Source: Candidatus Eiseniibacteriota bacterium
Lineage (GTDB): Bacteria > Eisenbacteria > RBG-16-71-46
Direction of reading: 5' to 3'
DNA: 44,183 bases
NCBI GenBank assembly: GCA_031364845.1
Contig: JANLWX010000049.1
Location: 1 to 44,183 of the forward strand
Part shown: positions 41,882-44,183 of the stretch, piece by piece
Layout: each line of letters opens with the position of its first letter
How positions within the stretch are numbered: the first letter of the stretch is position 1
The notes under the pieces: model-generated
Told to the model about the DNA's origin: nothing
The model's database searches: none
The model's input: only the letters and a program-made list of their open reading frames with translations
Program-made: the position numbers and the translations under genes

Positions 41882-44181
41882 GGCATCCCCCGGGCCCAGC
41901 GGGCCTTGAGCATGGGAAGGCGCTGCTTGAGCGCCACGAGCACCGCTTCGCCGTTCGCCACCTTGAAGCGGCGCGAACGGCTCGCGTTGCGCGAGCGATC
42001 GGGCATCACGATGTACAGATAGACTTCGCAGTCCCCCGGATGTGCCGACAGCACTTCGTCGACGCCTTCGAGGAACTCCACCGAGATCTCCTCGGCGCGC
42101 ACTTCCACGTGAAGTGCAGCGCGATACGTGCCGCGCGCCTCTTCGAACGGGCGCACCTCGGAGACGATCATCTTGGTGCCGAGGTCACGCACCTCGATGC
42201 GACCCGACACCACCAGCACCGTGTCGGGAACGATCAACGCGCGCAACTGCTCGAACAGATCGGGGAACAACGTGCACTCGACGCGCCCGGTCAGATCCTC
42301 GATCACGACACTCGCCATCACCTTGCCGTTGCGGGTCGCGAACGTGCGCACTTCGCCCGAGATTCCGGCCAGGCGCACTTCCGCACCGTCCTCGAGCGTG
42401 AGCGCATCGATCGTCGAATGCGTCGCGACCTCGGCCAGCTCCGCGCGCATCGGCGCCAGCGGATGATCCGACAGATAGAACCCGAGTGCTTCCTTCTCCT
42501 TGGCCGCGCGTTCGCGCGCCGGCCACGGTTCCGTCAGCGGCAGCGGCGGCACCACGACCGCGACTGAACCCGCGCCGTCGCCGAACAACGACGACTGCCC
42601 GCTCGCGCGCTCACGGTTGAGGATCGCCGCATGATCGAGCACGCGCGAGCTGGCGGCGAACAACGCACCGCGCTCGTTGCCGAAGGCGTCGCACCCTCCC
42701 GCGCACACGAGGCTTTCGAGCACGCGCTTGTTGAGCTTGCCGCCCGAGCGCTGCGCCACGTCGAACAGATCCCGGAACGGACCGTCGCTCTTGCGAGCGG
42801 CGACCATGACTTCGACCGCCGCCTGCCCCACGTTGCGCACGCCACCCAGTCCGTAGCGGATCCTTCCGTTGTCGATCGTGAAGCGCCATTCGGAGCAGTT
42901 GACGTCGGGCGGCAGGATCTCGAGCTTCATGCGCCGGCATTCTTCGATCAGCGTGGCGATGCGCGTGCTGTCGGCGAGTTCGCTGGTCATCGTCGCCGCC
43001 ATGAACTCGGCCGGATAGTGCGCCTTGAGATACGCCGACTGATACGCGAGCAGCGCGTAGGCCGCCGAGTGGCTGCGGTTGAAGCCGTAGCCCGCGAACT
43101 TCTCCATGGTCGTGAAGATCTTGACCGCGCTGGCCTCGCGGATCTTGTTCTTCTTGCAGCCCTCGACGAACTCGAGCCGCTTGGCCGCCATCTCCTCGAG
43201 ATTCTTCTTTCCCATCGCGCGGCGCAGTTCGTCGCCCTTGGCGAGCGAGAAGCCCGCGAGCACGTTCGCTGCCGCCATCACCTGCTCCTGATAGACGAAC
43301 ACACCGTAGGTGTCTTCGAGGATCGGCTGCAGCGAGTTGTGTTCGTAGCGCACCACTTCTCGGCCATGCTTGCAGTCGATGAAGTACGGAATGTTCTCCA
43401 TCGGACCCGGACGGTAGAGCGCGTTCATGGCGGTGAGGTCGTTGAACACGGTCGGTTTCAGCTTCTTCAAGTAATCGCGCATGCCGCTCGACTCGAACTG
43501 GAAGATCGCCACGGTATCCGCGCGCTGGAACACCTGGTAGGCGGGCGCGTCGTCGTCGGGCAGCTCGTCGAGATCGAGCGTGATGCCATGATGCTCTTTG
43601 ATCAGCCGCAGCGATTCGTCGAGCACCGACAACGTGCGCAGGCCGAGGAAGTCCATCTTCAAGAGCCCGGCCTTTTCGACCGACTTCATGTCCCATTGGG
43701 TCGTGACCGACTCGTCCTTCTGCCGATAGAGCGGCACGTAGTCGAGCAGCGGACCCGGCGTGATCAGCACTCCGGCCGCGTGCGTCGAGGCGTGGCGGGC
43801 CAGGCCTTCGAGCACGCGCGCGCTGTGCAGCAACCGCGCGTGCTGAGCACCGCGCTCGGGCAGGTTCTTCAAGTCCGGCGACAGCTCGAGCGCCTTGTCG
43901 AGCGTCATGCCGAGTCCGTCGGGCACCATCTTCGCGATCTTGTCGACCTCGACGAACGGCATCCCGAGCGCGCGGCCCACGTCGCGCACCACGCCCTTGG
44001 CACCCATGGTGCCGAACGTGATGATCTGCGTGACGTTCTCCTCGCCGTACTTCTTCTTCACGTACTCGATCACCTCGCCGCGGCGCACGTCGTCGAAGTC
44101 GATGTCGATGTCGGGCATCGACACGCGCTCGGGGTTCAAGAAGCGCTCGAAGATGAGTCCGTGCTGGAGCGGATCGACCTC
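41878..44181 (-). CDS. dnaE: DNA polymerase III alpha subunit (5' part outside the window)
   Basis: FERFLNPERVSMPDIDIDF, HAAGV, LLKMDFLGLRTL, FQFES, LYRPGP, YGFNRSH, HhH and OB-fold C-terminus. Frame is open to the right edge. Confidence 0.97.
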   Translation of the reverse strand, partial: EVDPLQHGLIFERFLNPERVSMPDIDIDFDDVRRGEVIEYVKKKYGEENVTQIITFGTMGAKGVVRDVGRALGMPFVEVDKIAKMVPDGLGMTLDKALELSPDLKNLPERGAQHARLLHSARVLEGLARHASTHAAGVLITPGPLLDYVPLYRQKDESVTTQWDMKSVEKAGLLKMDFLGLRTLSVLDESLRLIKEHHGITLDLDELPDDDAPAYQVFQRADTVAIFQFESSGMRDYLKKLKPTVFNDLTAMNALYRPGPMENIPYFIDCKHGREVVRYEHNSLQPILEDTYGVFVYQEQVMAAANVLAGFSLAKGDELRRAMGKKNLEEMAAKRLEFVEGCKKNKIREASAVKIFTTMEKFAGYGFNRSHSAAYALLAYQSAYLKAHYPAEFMAATMTSELADSTRIATLIEECRRMKLEILPPDVNCSEWRFTIDNGRIRYGLGGVRNVGQAAVEVMVAARKSDGPFRDLFDVAQRSGGKLNKRVLESLVCAGGCDAFGNERGALFAASSRVLDHAAILNRERASGQSSLFGDGAGSVAVVVPPLPLTEPWPARERAAKEKEALGFYLSDHPLAPMRAELAEVATHSTIDALTLEDGAEVRLAGISGEVRTFATRNGKVMASVVIEDLTGRVECTLFPDLFEQLRALIVPDTVLVVSGRIEVRDLGTKMIVSEVRPFEEARGTYRAALHVEVRAEEISVEFLEGVDEVLSAHPGDCEVYLYIVMPDRSRNASRSRRFKVANGEAVLVALKQRLPMLKARWARGMP

Positions 44182-44183
44182 GG

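Overview
GC-rich bacterial chromosomal segment. Essentially every real gene is on the minus strand; the only plus-strand gene is an IS transposase. In transcription order (right to left): dnaE (partial), accA, a Trm112-like protein, then a tightly coupled envelope/secretion cluster: PorU-like C25 sortase, PorV-like barrel, M6-type metalloprotease with FG-GAP-like repeats and a T9SS-type C-terminal domain, two DUF5683-like paralogues, an NHL-repeat protein, a ~1,116-aa barrel protein with SprA-like motifs, and an Omp85/TamA-like protein. Next come a DinG/YoaA helicase, hutH-hutU-hutI, a scrambled DUF3800 pseudogene with a putative 3' structured RNA, bifunctional FTCD, an SgmX-like TPR protein and a PHP-domain protein. 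These are followed by an IS1/IS1595-like element (21-bp inverted repeats), a CbrT-like ECF S component overlapping an outer-membrane barrel gene, comEA, pilB-pilT-pilC-pilS-pilR and a sigma54-driven type IV pilin cut by the window edge. The gene mix suggests a high-GC FCB-related lineage such as Ca. Eisenbacteria (inference only). The best candidate for a new system is the T9SS-like attachment/translocon operon with its own Omp85 paralogue. All family assignments come from recalled motifs; no database searches were run.
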